From Octopus sinensis (Eukaryota), in the NCBI RefSeq assembly GCF_006345805.1, contig NC_042998.1, positions 123,442,001 through 123,506,000 of the forward strand: DNA of 64,000 nt, in the 5' to 3' direction. The position numbers and the translations under genes were made by a program. Each line of letters opens with the position of its first letter. Position 1 is the first letter of the stretch. Of this stretch, positions 12,317 through 25,520 are shown one piece after another. Under the pieces are notes generated by a model that was given only the letters and a program-made list of their open reading frames with translations, was not told where the DNA came from and did no database searches.

Positions 12317-12759
12317 GTAAGTATTAAATTTTTGTTTCTTTTCTTTTCTACTCTATCATCTAACTATTCTCAATTCGGAAAATGATGTAGTTATGAACTT
12401 GAGCTGCTGACGTTGATGTGGCAGAAGGTACGTAAATGAATTTTTTTAGAGTAGTTGATGTTGCAAAAGGCATGTAGATGAAAGGTTTTTGAGTCTATAA
12501 CCACTCCCTTCATCCCTGACTCGGGGCATCTAAATTGATTGAATTTGGAAGATTTATTGACCTGAGTTTAGTCCTTCCAAGGTCGATGTTACACGTAAGT
12601 AAAATTTAAGAAATTATCTGCAAAATTTGTGGTCTGATGCGACTGTGAAGTATCACTGTACTGCACATAGTCATGGCATAAAACATCAGACATTTCTTAT
12701 AGCATTTTCATTTGCTCCATATAACTTGGCAACCATTGTAGAATATTTCCCATTGGTGT

Positions 12760-14999
12760 CCACCATTTTTATCGAATTCAAAAGTCAAGCTAGTATCAGA
12801 AGGAAACTCTTTAAAACATAGAAGCTTATGATTTTCGACTGTATTTAGCTTCTTAGTAACCAACAATCAGCCAACATAGAACTGCTCCACTTTCCTTTGT
12901 GCCGGGTTTCTATGTTCAGAATATCTTTCCGTGTTCATCCCTGACAGCCCTAAAATTTGCAGGGAAAAGTTTCAAGTGAGAGTTCAAGAAATTGATTTTT
13001 AGGCTCATATTGCATACCAAGGCCTTGTATAATGTCCGTAGCTCTTTCAAAGTGTCAAAATAGTTCTCTACTTCGTCATCTTCCTCACCCAGACTCTCAG
13101 CAAACTTTCTTAAATAACAGCCATGTAGCTTTTTCAACGTCACTGAGCTCTTCATCAAACTTTTGATCTCTCATCAGTTCCCTAATCTGTGGCCCAGCAA
13201 AAATACCTTCCTTGATTTTTGGGTCACTTACTCTTGAAATTTAGTTTTCAAATACGTGAATTCTTTGCTAGTCCTATCCATACCTTTGACGGAATTGTTC
13301 ATGCAAAGGAGGCAGATAAATGTTCTCACAATCTACAAGGGGGAGAATTGATGACATTCTTCTGTTCAGGAGTCAGAGATCTTTTCGGCCACAAATTCTT
13401 TTCATAATGATTTTTCTTATCCCGATTGTCCCATTCAGAAGGAAGGCAACAAAACTTGATGTAACCCAGCTGCGGTCCAAATAAATGTGCCACAAAATTT
13501 AGATCACCACAAATATTCCATTTGTATTCCTCATACTTAATTTTTTGCCACAGCTTCATACTCTCATATATTTCCTTTATGTTAGTTGCATGGGCCAGAG
13601 CAACAGAAGGAACTTCCTTTCCATTGTGGAGCAAAACTGCTTTCTTACTTAGTTTGGGAAGTCAATAAACAAACTCCACACATTCGTGCCATATTTGTAG
13701 TTAAGTTTCTCCATACCAGAAAATACAACACTACAAAAGAATACACCATCCCCAAGTGAGAAAGAATTTCAAAATCACAATTCTGAGCACAATAAAAACT
13801 AACTTTATTCTCTTTCTGGAGACGATTCCAGCCCTTTAACCTGGAACCAAGACGTTTTGCTTACTTTTCGAACAAGTTAAAATCCCGCACATCATAATTC
13901 ATATCTTCTTGACTCAACAAATGTGGTTCCCTTGAACAGTTAGGCTCAAAGTCCCTGTCTTCTGTTTCTTTCTCTACATTTTCATCCCTTGACTCTTCGT
14001 AACTGTCCTTTCTTTTGGAGGATCAGGCACATATAAGTGTTGACTGTGAAATAATGCCCTTATAGCAGATTTTAGGTATATACTGGGATTTTGATATTAT
14101 ACCTTGTATATTCGTCGTGTAGAAGTAGCAATCTGAAGTGTGATCGTTGGGATCTCTCCAAATCATAGGGATGGCAAAAGGCATATGGTGTGAAACATTG
14201 GCCCATGCAATGTGAATCTTGGCACTGGTTATACGATAAACACAAGGGACCCAGCTTTGATCCTGGCCACTCAATTTGTTGTCAAAATAATACTTTTAGC
14301 ACTCTTTAATCAATGGTGTGAAACGCCGTCTTTGTGACTTGAATATTTAGTCACCGCAAATATAGTAATCCCTCAACTATCACGGGCGTTACGTTCCACC
14401 CCAACCCCACGATAGGTGAAAATTCGCGAAGTAGAAACAGTACTTTACTTTATATTCTTTTTTATTATTTTTATGATTTGTACATATTTATTTTATTTTT
14501 AATGTAAACAACACCACGGAGGAATCGACGTAAGCTTAAATAATAAACTGCGATAGGTGTACCGCGATATGGCGAGGGATTTCTGTATAGCAAAATTTGC
14601 TTGCGATGTTTATACAGTTTCTTGGCATTATGAAGTTGAATGGAATATATGAACTTAATGCAAAACAGCAAGCTTACACTTCAAGCACAGTACTGACAAA
14701 GCATCGGTGACTAATCGACTGTTGCCAAGCTTCGGTGAGTCATTGATTCAGATTTATGATTTCATTAGGTTAATTCTATGCATAAACATTTAAATTAGGA
14801 GCATGTCTTAAACCGCTAGCTTCACATTTCAACAGCTTAACCGAAATGTAGTCCACGTGACAAGAACTTAAAGCAATATCGTGGAACAGAGAAACTGTGG
14901 ATGATACAGGTAGTTTAACATTATTTTTGAATTCTGCATGCAAAAACATACAAAATAGATGTATTTTTTTTCTTGGAACAAATTCGTTGTTGACCAGTG
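12760..14999 (-). mobile_element. Chapaev3-type (CMC superfamily) DNA transposon remnant
   Basis: Fragments YICG..GQDQSW..MPFAIPMIWRDP.DH.SDCYF; PSV.LAH..KE.YE.MK..KIKYEEYKWNICGDL..GYIKFCC..EWD; CNMSLKI.FL.SHL..FP.N..AV.DEHG. The 5' terminus CACTGGTCAACAA is at 14999 with flanking TAA (TWA-type target). The 3' end is eroded. Confidence 0.8.
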
Positions 15000-15374
15000 T
15001 AATTCGAGTTATATAAGGTCTTACTATCCTAACAAAGTACCCCAACCAAATCGTCATCCCTTCATCCCTTACTCATCACAAAGACATGCACCGATGATTA
15101 CACACTATGCCCATTCACAGATATCACTACAGCATTTTATCCAAAATACAGGATGCAATGTTATAACAGGGTTTATGTAAAAAGAGTGTGAACAGGATCA
15201 CAAAAACAAGAGAAGGAACAAGAAAAATAACGTAGGAAGTTTCCCAAAGTTTCACAGATCAGGTTGACCACGTTGGCTAAGTGCCTTCTCTCACCAATTC
15301 TTTCCAAACCTACTGGTATATATATATAAATGCTGTAGTGATATCTGGGAATGGATATCTTTCAAACACACACA

Positions 15375-15660
<286 letters not shown>

Positions 15661-15689
15661 TGTGTGTATGTGTGCGGTGGGCTCCTATA

Positions 15690-16640
15690 ATCACACCATA
15701 TTCGCACCTCTCTCTTATTTCAAAACAATCAATGAGGGTATCACTTTCTTCAGCATAAAAAAACATTATGTGCTCGGCCGAAGTGGAAAATGTCTCTCCT
15801 TATCTTCAGCCCTACCCACTGTATTCACCATAAGCTTCTCTCTATATAAAAACGTTGGAAGAACCTTTTTGCCCTTAACAGCTAAAGAAGACGATCAAAC
15901 GATCTTGAGGATGGACAGAAGCAATAGCTGGATCTGTCCTATTCACGACAACAGCTTTTCGACATAAATACCTCAGTCACTGAACGATGATATCTCGAAG
16001 AACATTTTCGGCGTTCAGCGCTCCAATTGGACTGATCCAGCTGACAACCTTTCCGTAGTTGTAGAATTTAAAAGTAGCAGTTCCCCGCACCTCTCGGTAG
16101 TACTGCAAATCCAAGGATTTCTATAAGTTCTTCAAATATCATTGCTCAGGATAGACAAACACCGTGTTGCTCATTGACGACCAAAATTTTCCTCCGAATA
16201 TCATTTCTCTTTTAAACTACTACGCTGTTATAGAATGTTCCGCTGGATCATTCACCAAACACATTGCCAGATTAGAAAGTATAAACATCTGACAACATCC
16301 CACTCAGCCTTGGTAATCTCTTGCTCTGTACTGAAGTTCCATAAATGGATATATGAAAATACTTACTTGCTCACTTTAGTGCACATAACCTGCCAGAAAG
16401 TACGCACACTTTGCGCAAAGAGTGAAACTGCTTTACCCATGGAATGCACCCCTTTCGCAAGGAAACAAACAGACGAATTTTGCCAGGAAAAAAATCTCTG
16501 TCATGCAGGACGGGCCAGCGGTGATATAAACGGACGTGATGTATGCTCTTGCTACCTCTACAGGACATTTTAGTCTTAACTTCCTCACAACCCATTTCAC
16601 CTCGCCCCAGTCCTTACTATTTATCTGTAGTTTGCATCGA
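15690..16640 (-). mobile_element. Possible highly degraded LINE fragment (AP-endonuclease region, RTE-like)
   Basis: Minus frame LSGRLCALK*ASKYFHISIYGT...FYN...KRNDIRRKILVV resembles the APE motifs R.C.L....N.YAPT / D..I..GD. Many stops. Confidence 0.33.
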
Positions 16641-18189
16641 TCTTGATCTCAAGTAAATTAACGGACTGTTTATTAGTTCCCTAATACGCTATTCGTCGTC
16701 ACGTATATTTTACTAACGTGTTATGCATTTTGATCGTACTATGTCGTCTGTTTGTACACCCTCGTGTTGAATGCTACTGTTACTGGTGCGGTTCTTCCTG
16801 ATACTGCTACTGTTATGACTAATATTGTTTCTATATGGTTAGCTGTTGCTATAGTTCAATCATCGCAATGCTTATAATGTTATCTGTCAGAAGAGGAAAA
16901 TATCTGTTCATAGAAAGAGAGAATAGGTCGTTGTTGAGATTCTTAAAAGGATTTTTTTTCTGTATCATGCTTTTAGGATTAGAAGTGAATAAAGAAAGGT
17001 TAAATGAGATAAAGACAATTTAGCATACGGTATATAAATGTTGCATGTTCGAATTCATTTAAGTCAGTTAATGCATTTGTGTAGTACATTTAAAATACAT
17101 GGTTGCTTGTATAATATACGTTTTCTACATTGTAAAACTGATGAACACTGATGTTATCTGCGTTCGGAATAGAAATCATGTATTTTGAGGCTATTTCATT
17201 AATCGTGACCGGTAGCGATTTATTTTCCTGGTAATTCAATATTTGAATGAAGTTAACTATCTAAATATAGGATTTAAACAATTATTCCACACAGCAAATA
17301 TAGAATGTATGTAGTTCGACAATATTGAAAACTGTCAAGAGACAAATACCATTACAAATAATGTAAACGCTGCTGATTGCAAAGGTTTAGAAGCTAAGTT
17401 CACTATTCAGTTTTAAAGATGCTCCGTTAAGATTATGTATATTGGTCTTTAATTCAAATAATGGAGAAGTAGAAACAAAGATAATTTTCTTTAAAAAAGC
17501 AGGAAAGAAAAATATGATGCACCCTGGAAAAAGATAAACTTAAGTGATAATAGTAAGAGTAAGAAGTTTGGTTGCATGGGTTATAATATTATCGATTCAA
17601 ACAGACGAACTTATTAACATTTCTGAACAGACTGCAACATTGTAGTGACAGAAAACGAGAAGGTACCAAGAATTATAAAAAAACACGTATCTTTCTGAAA
17701 ATATTTTCTGGGCAACTAAGTGATCAGATGACAAAATGAACAAAAATTATGTTCATATTGTTGATGATGATGGCGATTACTGTGCTAAAGATACTGAACA
17801 AGAACAGATATTGGGGTAGTGTATATAGTCAAATATCCTTAGGCGAAGCTTATGGAAATTATATTAAGTCTGCTTTCTTTTACGATGAAAATAATAGAAA
17901 TTATGTTGTTGATAACAACACCAATAATGAAAGTGATTGTTGTTTTATTGGAACTTTTCCTTGTGGTAAAGTTCAGTGAGAGTTGCAACGATGTATAAAT
18001 ACAGAGTTATCGGAGATAGAATATTGGTTATTCGGGTACCATTTCAGGTGATTGAAAAGACATATTTTATTCTTACTTTCTCTACGTCCATATTTATAAT
18101 ATAATATGCAGTATGATACATTTAAAGAAATACAGTACTATGTCCTAGTAATTTCACATATGACAATAATATCTTCCTGGTTAATACAA

Positions 18190-19670
18190 AATGTTGCAGA
18201 TAGTACCAGATCGCCAAATTATCAGCTGCTACAGGGAATGCCATTGAAAGGCTGACCATATCATTGTCCACAAAGTTCACTGACAACTACTGAAACCACA
18301 GCTAGTGTTACAAACAGAATTAAGCTTTCAAGAGAGCGATAAGTTATCAGTAATTTTGTTTGTAATGGCAGTGAACACTCTGTTAACAAAATACCAAGGC
18401 TGTATGCTGAGAAATGCAAAAACAACGATAAAGTTAATGACCCACACATCTATTGTTCATGACCTAAAGTTATATTCAGATGACATGGGCATCATCAAGT
18501 GACAATTAGAACTAGTCATTTTATTCTCACTTGACACAGGAGTTGAATTTGGGCAAGATAAATATCATACATGTCAGTCAACGGAGAACAGACAGAGAAC
18601 ATGCACATCCATAGCTTGTCGATCACTCTTATCTGTAATGATAAAATCTACAAATATCTTGCAATCCACGACAATGTTGCATACGTTGGGGCTGTGACTA
18701 AAAACTGGATACAAAAGAGTATTTCTGCAGACTCTGGAAAATATGGAATTAATATCTGTCTGCACTTAAAAAGATAATATGCTTTAGCATTCGCAGTGTT
18801 AATACCATCATTTGGAATATTAGACTGGACAATTGACGTGCCCTGAGTGTGGATATCAAAACTAGAAAAGTGTTTTCTATGCATACTCTTCAGTGTTGGC
18901 CGACTATTTTTAGGTACAGTGAGAAAACAACTGTCTAGTGCGACCGTAATTGGGCTTGATTGGTCTACCTAAACAAAAGCTTGGAGAAGACACAGGCATC
19001 GTACCAGCAAAAAGAAATGCAAGGGTGCCTATCCCGTTAGCTATAGGATAACAGCAGTACTGAGAAGAGGGTTTGCCTCTCATGGACCTGTGATAGATAT
19101 ATTACATCACACCTAGAAGTATATATTTTTGCTATTCAAAAGAAGGAGACAGCTACTAGGTACCTGATAAACAAGAGGAACAAATATACCCCAAACATTC
19201 AAAGAGAATTGGTGGAATGTCCCAGTATAAACCTCAATAAAATATAAACACAACAGCCCTGACATAGTGATTTGGGTTAGAGAAGAGAAACTGTGTACAG
19301 CTGTGGAAATAAGTTAGCCATCAGATGTTAACATAAAGCTAAATATCAGCGAAGAAAAAGATGCCTACACCGAACAATTGAGATATATCTGGTTACTCTG
19401 TCAATATTACATATTCAGTTTTATACCTGTAACATTTGGGGCCCTGTGATGTGTAACACACAGCATAAACACCAATGTTGAGAAATTAGGCTCCGCAAAA
19501 CCACACAAGAGAAAGCTGATACGAAGACTACAGATCCAATCCATGACTGGAACTATATAAGTCTGTAAAACTTTCCAGGGGTTTATCATTTAAGTATATA
19601 TGGGATCTCTAGAAATGCAACTGTATGTATAAGAATGCTTAAGCAAAATAAGACATACAAATATGAACAT
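18190..19670 (+). mobile_element. R4/Dong-like non-LTR retrotransposon, 5'-truncated (RT C-terminal half + REL endonuclease)
   Basis: LSVILFVMAVN..HDLKLYS (SPLLF/MDDLKLY equivalents), RRGFA, PDIVIWVREEKLCTAVEIS*PSDVN (PD..D REL), IPVTFGAL, IRRLQIQSMTGT. Followed by a (CATA)n tail. Confidence 0.82.
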
Positions 19671-19699
19671 ATACATGCATACATACATACATACATACA

Positions 19700-19733
<34 letters not shown>

Positions 19734-19815
19734 CATACATACATACATGCATACATACATACATGCAGACATGCAGACATACATGAATTCATACATACAT
19801 ACTTACATGCATGCA
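19670..19815. repeat. (CATA)n microsatellite / LINE tail
   Basis: Directly visible, immediately 3' of the LINE. Confidence 0.92.
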
Positions 19816-19834
19816 TGTAACACACTGCCTAAAT

Positions 19835-20030
19835 ACCAATCTTGACAACTTAAGCTTCTCAAAACCAGAGATGAGAAAGCTGATTCGAAGACTACAGATC
19901 CAGTTCATTACTGGAACTGTAAAAATCTGTAAAACTTCCCAACGTTTATCATTTAAGTATATATGAGCGTGTCTAGACATGCAAGTGTAAGCATCAGAGT
20001 ACATACATGCATGTAGTTATCCAGGTATAT
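19835..20030 (+). mobile_element. Second, very short 3'-end copy of the same R4/Dong-like LINE family
   Basis: gagaaagctgattcgaagactacagatccag..ctgtaaaactt..tttatcatttaagtatatatg repeats 19510-19600 and again runs into a CATA/TACA-rich tract. Confidence 0.78.
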
Positions 20031-20073
20031 ATACATACAGACATGCATGCATACATACATGTATGTGTATACA

Positions 20074-20122
<49 letters not shown>

Positions 20123-20321
20123 TATATATACATATAGATGCACACACAGACGATAAGTAGATTGATAGCTGCAAATCGTGAGCATAGCTATGTAGGAGCA
20201 GAGGTACATATGTGTATAGCTGAGGAAGCTATATAAGGAAAATATGATTTAAAGCAGGATATTATAATTTAGAGGTCTGTTTCCTGAAGAATAATTAAAG
20301 TTAGTAAAGTTCGCTTTACAA

Positions 20322-20474
20322 GTCGTAGGAGTGGCTGTGTGGTAAGTAGCTTGCTTACGAACCACATGGTTCTGGGTTCAGTCTTACTTCGTGGCACCTT
20401 GGGCAAGTGTCTTTTACTATAGCCTTGGGCCGACCAAAGCCTTGTGAGTGGGTTTGGTAGACGTATATATGTCG

Positions 20475-20550
<76 letters not shown>

Positions 20551-20785
20551 GTATGTGTGTGTATATACTTGTGTGTCTGTGTTTGTCCCCCCCCCAACAT
20601 CGCATGACAACCGATGCTGGTGTGTCTACGTCCCCATAACTTAGCGGTTCGGCAAAAGTGACCGATAGAATAAGTTCCAGGCTTACAAAGAATAAGTCCT
20701 GGGGTCGATTTACTGGACTAAAGGCGGGGCTCCAGCATGGCCACAGTCAAATGACTGAAACAAGTAAAAGAGGAAAAAAAAAGAG
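20322..20785 (+). mobile_element. tRNA-derived SINE family A (internal microsatellite)
   Basis: Head ggagtggctgtgtggtaag (A-box-like) and ggttcagtc (B-box-like), then ttgggcaagtg, an internal (TA)/(TG) tract, and a conserved 3' half ending aaatgactgaaacaagtaaaag. Matches copies at 25.2, 50.3, 53.2 and 55.4 kb. Confidence 0.9.
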
Positions 20786-21669
20786 TTAGTAAACGTGAAA
20801 GTCTATTGAAACATATGTCAAATATTGACAACATGCGTCAGTTACCTAGAAAGACTGTCATTTATATCATAGCGATACACATATTTTCAAAACCTGCACT
20901 TGGAAACCATTCCAATGCATAACCATTCTGCAAAAATTCGTGACACCAGGTTAAGTACGGAAATATTACTGAAAATATTCAAAATCCCATGAAGCTCAAA
21001 TAGTTTTTGGGAAAAATGTTTTACAAAATTTGGTAATCTTAGACAAAATTTCTGGTCCAACGTTTGAACGCGAATAATCACATTCACAACTTGTTCGATA
21101 GCAATATACAGTACACAACGTTGGAATTACACCTCCTTTAAGTAATATACAATAATATCTAACTTTTTAGATGGAGTGATTTAGTGAAGTGATAATTATC
21201 ATACGACTATTAGAAAAGATAGCAAGTTTAAACGATTATATGCACATTTGTATTTCTAATTATCGTTATGAATATTTAAGTAAAGTTTGGTAATATTTTT
21301 ATAACAATATTTCAGATCACTAATAATATATAAAGTGGCATATATTCTAGCTTTCTTTTCACATACATTTGTTTAGTTTAATGAATAACAGTGGCGATAA
21401 TATCATCAACAACAAATACAACATTATTAAGATAAAATACACATTATAACTTTAGACGCATAAATATATATGCAGAGTATAGAACGTATAATTAAATTAA
21501 TGCAAAATGCTTGACGTATTTGTCAAATTTTAGAAGATGCAAAGACGCTGATGCAAATAGTTTGTAATATTCCATTATGTATACTATAAAACGTGACCTG
21601 TTTCTCTATCAATCGAGTGTATTGTCATTTTCATCTAATTAATTTATCTTTTATACAGATTTATAAGTG

Positions 21670-22120
21670 CCATGTTCGGTAGCAAATTAGGTTTCTTATG
21701 ATGTATGAATTCAATCTGGAAACCAAATTACTTAAAGCGATCATAAAGATAAACACGGCATTTGGGCATCGCTTCTGAATGTGCCATTTAACACTGCTGT
21801 ATGGCGTTTCTGTGAAGAGATTAAGACAGCAAATGAAACTATAGAGGTGACGATCATACAAACTTAAATATCACGCGAATTCATACCGGAGATGAAGCCG
21901 ATGTGCTTTGTAGAATATTATAGAAGTTCTGCTTGATCAATCAAGCGTTGAACGGCATTTAGGTAACCTGAAATGTTTGGGACAAGCTCTCAGGAACTGA
22001 TCGTGAAAAACCAAATGTGTTGAAAGGAAAATTGAATGCAGATTTTATGATAATAATTCATTCTTGGAGATATTAACACTATCTAAAGTGGGTTATAATA
22101 ATTGATAACAAAGTACAATA
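21670..22120 (+). mobile_element. Old mariner remnant (further-decayed paralog at ~32110-32250)
   Basis: QIRFLMMYEFNLETK..KINTAFG resembles the mariner N-terminal HTH, and VERHLGNL follows. Heavily frameshifted. Confidence 0.55.
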
Positions 22121-22571
22121 AAGTGAAGAACAAATCACAGGGTTCATCTGATGATTAAATGTATGAATATATACACTAAATTTTAATTGAATATTGATTG
22201 TGTCAGAATATAGTTACCATGAAATGTAAGTTCATATCCCTATGTTTCTATATCTATGTATCTATGTATATTTAGGGGAACATAATTAACTATCGGCATA
22301 TATACGGAGATATATATCTATATCAATATATATGTATACACACACGCGTACACACACGCATACACATACACACACACATATATATATACATATAGACAAA
22401 GAAAAGGTAGTTAATTAGATACATAAATAGAAAGAAATATATGCATATGCTACGTACATGCATACATTATTAACATATACATATGTAAGTACTTACATCA
22501 GACATCTGTGTGTGTGTGTGTTTGTATATGTGCGGGTGTGAGTGTATGTGTGTGTGTTTGTAGAATCGACA

Positions 22572-25120
22572 ACAGGGGTGGTATCAAAACGTTTCCGCAG
22601 AAGTTCTGTAACGGGCCAGCGGATGGTAGCTCATATTTGCATGCGAGGTGAGAGCTAACAGTGACCATGCGATAATGAGCTGAGTGACACTGCTGTGTTT
22701 ACTACGCAAGTTATGAAATTTGTGTTCTTGTGATCACGTGTATGCTATAGCTCACGATTTTTGTCATGGAACAAAGAGATAACGCTAAATTTTGCTTTAA
22801 ACATGGGAAGTCTGCTACAGAGACACTGAGCATTCTTGGGCAAGCTTACAGCGACGAGGTATTGAGTTGTACGCTATGTCTGGAGCTACGGGTGCTTCAA
22901 AAATAGAAGAACATTCCTGGATGACGAAGAGCAATGTACAAGACCTGCCACGAGCGTCGACCCCCCCCCCCGAAAGTATGGAAAACATACACCAGCCTGT
23001 GGATGAGGATCGTTGGAGGATAATCAATGACGTTTTGAAGGGTTTAAGGGAGGACATTTCTTGTCGGGAATTAGTAATAATGGTAACCCCTCCCACGTGA
23101 CGAATGAAATAACCTAGTCACTGTTGGTAAAAAGATTACGTAGTATGCGGTCGGAGACAGCTATGTCTTTTACTGGTTTTATCACGTATACTGTATATCC
23201 AAGCAGGCGTTATAACTATCGAAGATTTTAACGATATAGCAATGGCGACGTGGATTTAAATAACTCACGGGGAATTAATAAACTCGATTAGGATTTAGAC
23301 AACAACAACAACAGCTGATACAACTGCTGATACAACAATAACAACATATAGAACTGCAAGAGCAACAATAGAAGCAACAACAAAAAAAATAATAATAATA
23401 CAGCCGCAAATGCTACAATTACTGAAGTCGTCAGAAAAGTCAGAAAATTGAACTATTCAAAGTATAGAACTATTCAAAGTATGGAATACACCCATGAGTG
23501 TTTTGTATAGTCGGTCTAATCGAAGGTTCCAATGTGGCTAAGGGACTGAAACAAAAAAAATACCTTAAAACAGAATGGAACACCTGTATGTAAGCCAAAA
23601 CGAAATAAAGAATTGGTTATTATAAAAAGTAAACATTATTTAAAAGTTCTGTGGTTGAGACTTCACATTAATTTCGCTGGTCCTAACCTTATAGTGGTAG
23701 TTGATAGTTGTTCGAAATGACCTGAAATTTGCAAGTGTAATAAACCAACCTCCTCAACTGTATTAAAATTTTTATACTAATTGTTTGCAAGATTTGGCAT
23801 CCCAGACAAAATAGTGCTTGAAAATAGAACGCAATTTGTTTCTAGTGAATTTATTTTGTTTATGTGAAAGGTTCGCGATAGAACATATTACCTCGGTGAC
23901 ATACCATTCCAGATCTAATGAACAGGCATAACGCTTTGTCGATGCCTTCAAATGAGACCTAAGAAAATCGAGTCAGAATGTCATGGATGAGTTAGATTTA
24001 CAACAATTTTTAAGAGTGTACCCTATGACACCAAGTCCAAATACACCAGTGGAGCTGATGTTGGCAAAGAAAGTAAAATTGCTACCTGGCAAGACAAGAA
24101 AAAGTGCCTGGGAAACCATAGCAATATTCTTTAAAGTTGGTGAAAAGGTGTATATAAAGGCACACAAGAATGGAAAGCCGAGTTGAGAAGATTACCAAAT
24201 GCATAGGTAAAATGATGTATTCAGTAAAAAGTAGAAAATGCATACAAAAGAGACACGGGGACCGACTGAAAAAGATATTCATGGAGAGCGAACCAGAGAA
24301 TATGGAGGAACCGATGGAAAAGTCGTACGATGCGTTCCAAATGCCAACGCCATTGTAGGTGATTGAACCAATGCGTACAAGTGAAAGGGAAGTTCCTGAA
24401 AATAGATGCCAAGCGCAAAAAAAAAAAAGATTATTACATTGTAGAAAAAAAATATCTCAAAAGAACGGAGTTAGGGGTGAATAAAAAATTACTGCTAAAT
24501 AAAATAACACTTCTTTAGAAAGATTTAAAAGGGGAGATGTTGCAGAGATTTAGTAATAATGATACTCCCCACCCATGTGACAAATGGAATTACATAGTCC
24601 CCATAAATAAAGAGCGTACGCAGTAGGTTTTTACTAAGCATACTGTATATGGAAGTGGGCGTTATAACAATCCAACATTGTAAGGATTGTAACAACATTG
24701 AGTAAAAGTGACCAGATCTCTGGAGTGCAAAGAATTAGATTCTTCACGACGATAATGCGCCCAGTCACCGTGCTCTCCATACTGCTGGGTTTCTCGCCAA
24801 AAGCAACAAGGTACCGCTTCTGCACCCGCCCTATGTGCCAGATATAGCACCTGCGGGCGTCCATCACTTTCCGAAGATGAAAAACATAATAATCGAGGTA
24901 CTCTGTGATACATAATAATCGAGGTATTTAGTGATATCGCCTCTTGCATTGCATATAGATACCGTTCGGCAAAATATGAATGCGCAATAGCCTATTTCAT
25001 GTACCAGAAAGTGATGGATCTCTTCTCGGAAATGATTATAAACTATGTCTCTACCATAAAAGACAATTCTGGCGACTACTTGCATTTCGTAAGCTCTAGA
25101 AGTACACAATATTTAAAACT
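22572..25120 (+). mobile_element. Mariner element split by a Gypsy insertion (5' part ~22572-23040, 3' part ~24698-25120)
   Basis: TIR-like ggggtggtatcaaaacgtttccg. The 5' part encodes MEQRDNAKFCFKHGKSATETL..RP.TS..E.IHQ.V.EDR. The 3' part encodes PDLWSAKN*ILHDDNAPSH..HPPYVPDIAP. The middle of the transposase is missing. Confidence 0.82.
23062..24697 (+). mobile_element. Internally deleted Ty3/Gypsy LTR retrotransposon (LTRs ~23062-23242 and 24538-24697)
   Basis: Similar LTRs (ttagtaataatg..cccac.tgtgac..tactgtatat..ggcgttataac). PBS-like TGGCGACG at 23243-23250, PPT aaaaggggaga at 24527-24537, Q-rich gag start, and an integrase remnant (ARFGIPDK..VTYHSRSN..FVD.FK..QQFLRVY.MTP). Confidence 0.82.
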
Positions 25121-25149
25121 GAGATAAAAGGTATCTTATATCTTATATC

Positions 25150-25520
25150 AGTGAAGAGTTTAGTCAAACAGATCAACTCCACTACTTATTCTATTGACGT
25201 GTTTTGCCGAACCACTAAGCTGTAGGGAAGTAAACAAACCAGCATTGGTATTAAAGCGTTGGTGGAAGACAAAGGCAAGCACGCGCGCGCACACACACAT
25301 CTGTCTGCCTCTCTCCTTATATATATATATTTATGTGTGTGTGTATGTGTGTATATATATATATATAGAGAGAGAGACTCGATGGGCTTCTTCAGGTTTC
25401 CGTCGACCAAATATGCTATCAAGGCCTTGGTCTGCACGGGGTCCATAGTAAAGACACGTGTGAACGTGTCACACAGTAGGAATGAACCCTAAACGGTGTG
25501 GTTAGGAAGCAAACTTCAAA
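25150..25520 (-). mobile_element. SINE family A copy (diverged, reverse orientation)
   Basis: Reverse complement of the family A head (ttcaggtttccgtcgaccaaat..aaggccttggtc), internal microsatellite, and 3' half (ttgccgaaccactaag..aaaccagc). Confidence 0.75.

Larger units (their letters stand above)
17040..21800 (+). repeat. Diverged segmental duplication, copy 1 (paralogous to ~29740-32250)
   Basis: Colinear similarity by eye between 17170-17500 and 29870-30230, and between 21400-21750 and 31850-32200. Copy 1 carries extra LINE and SINE insertions. Confidence 0.75.
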
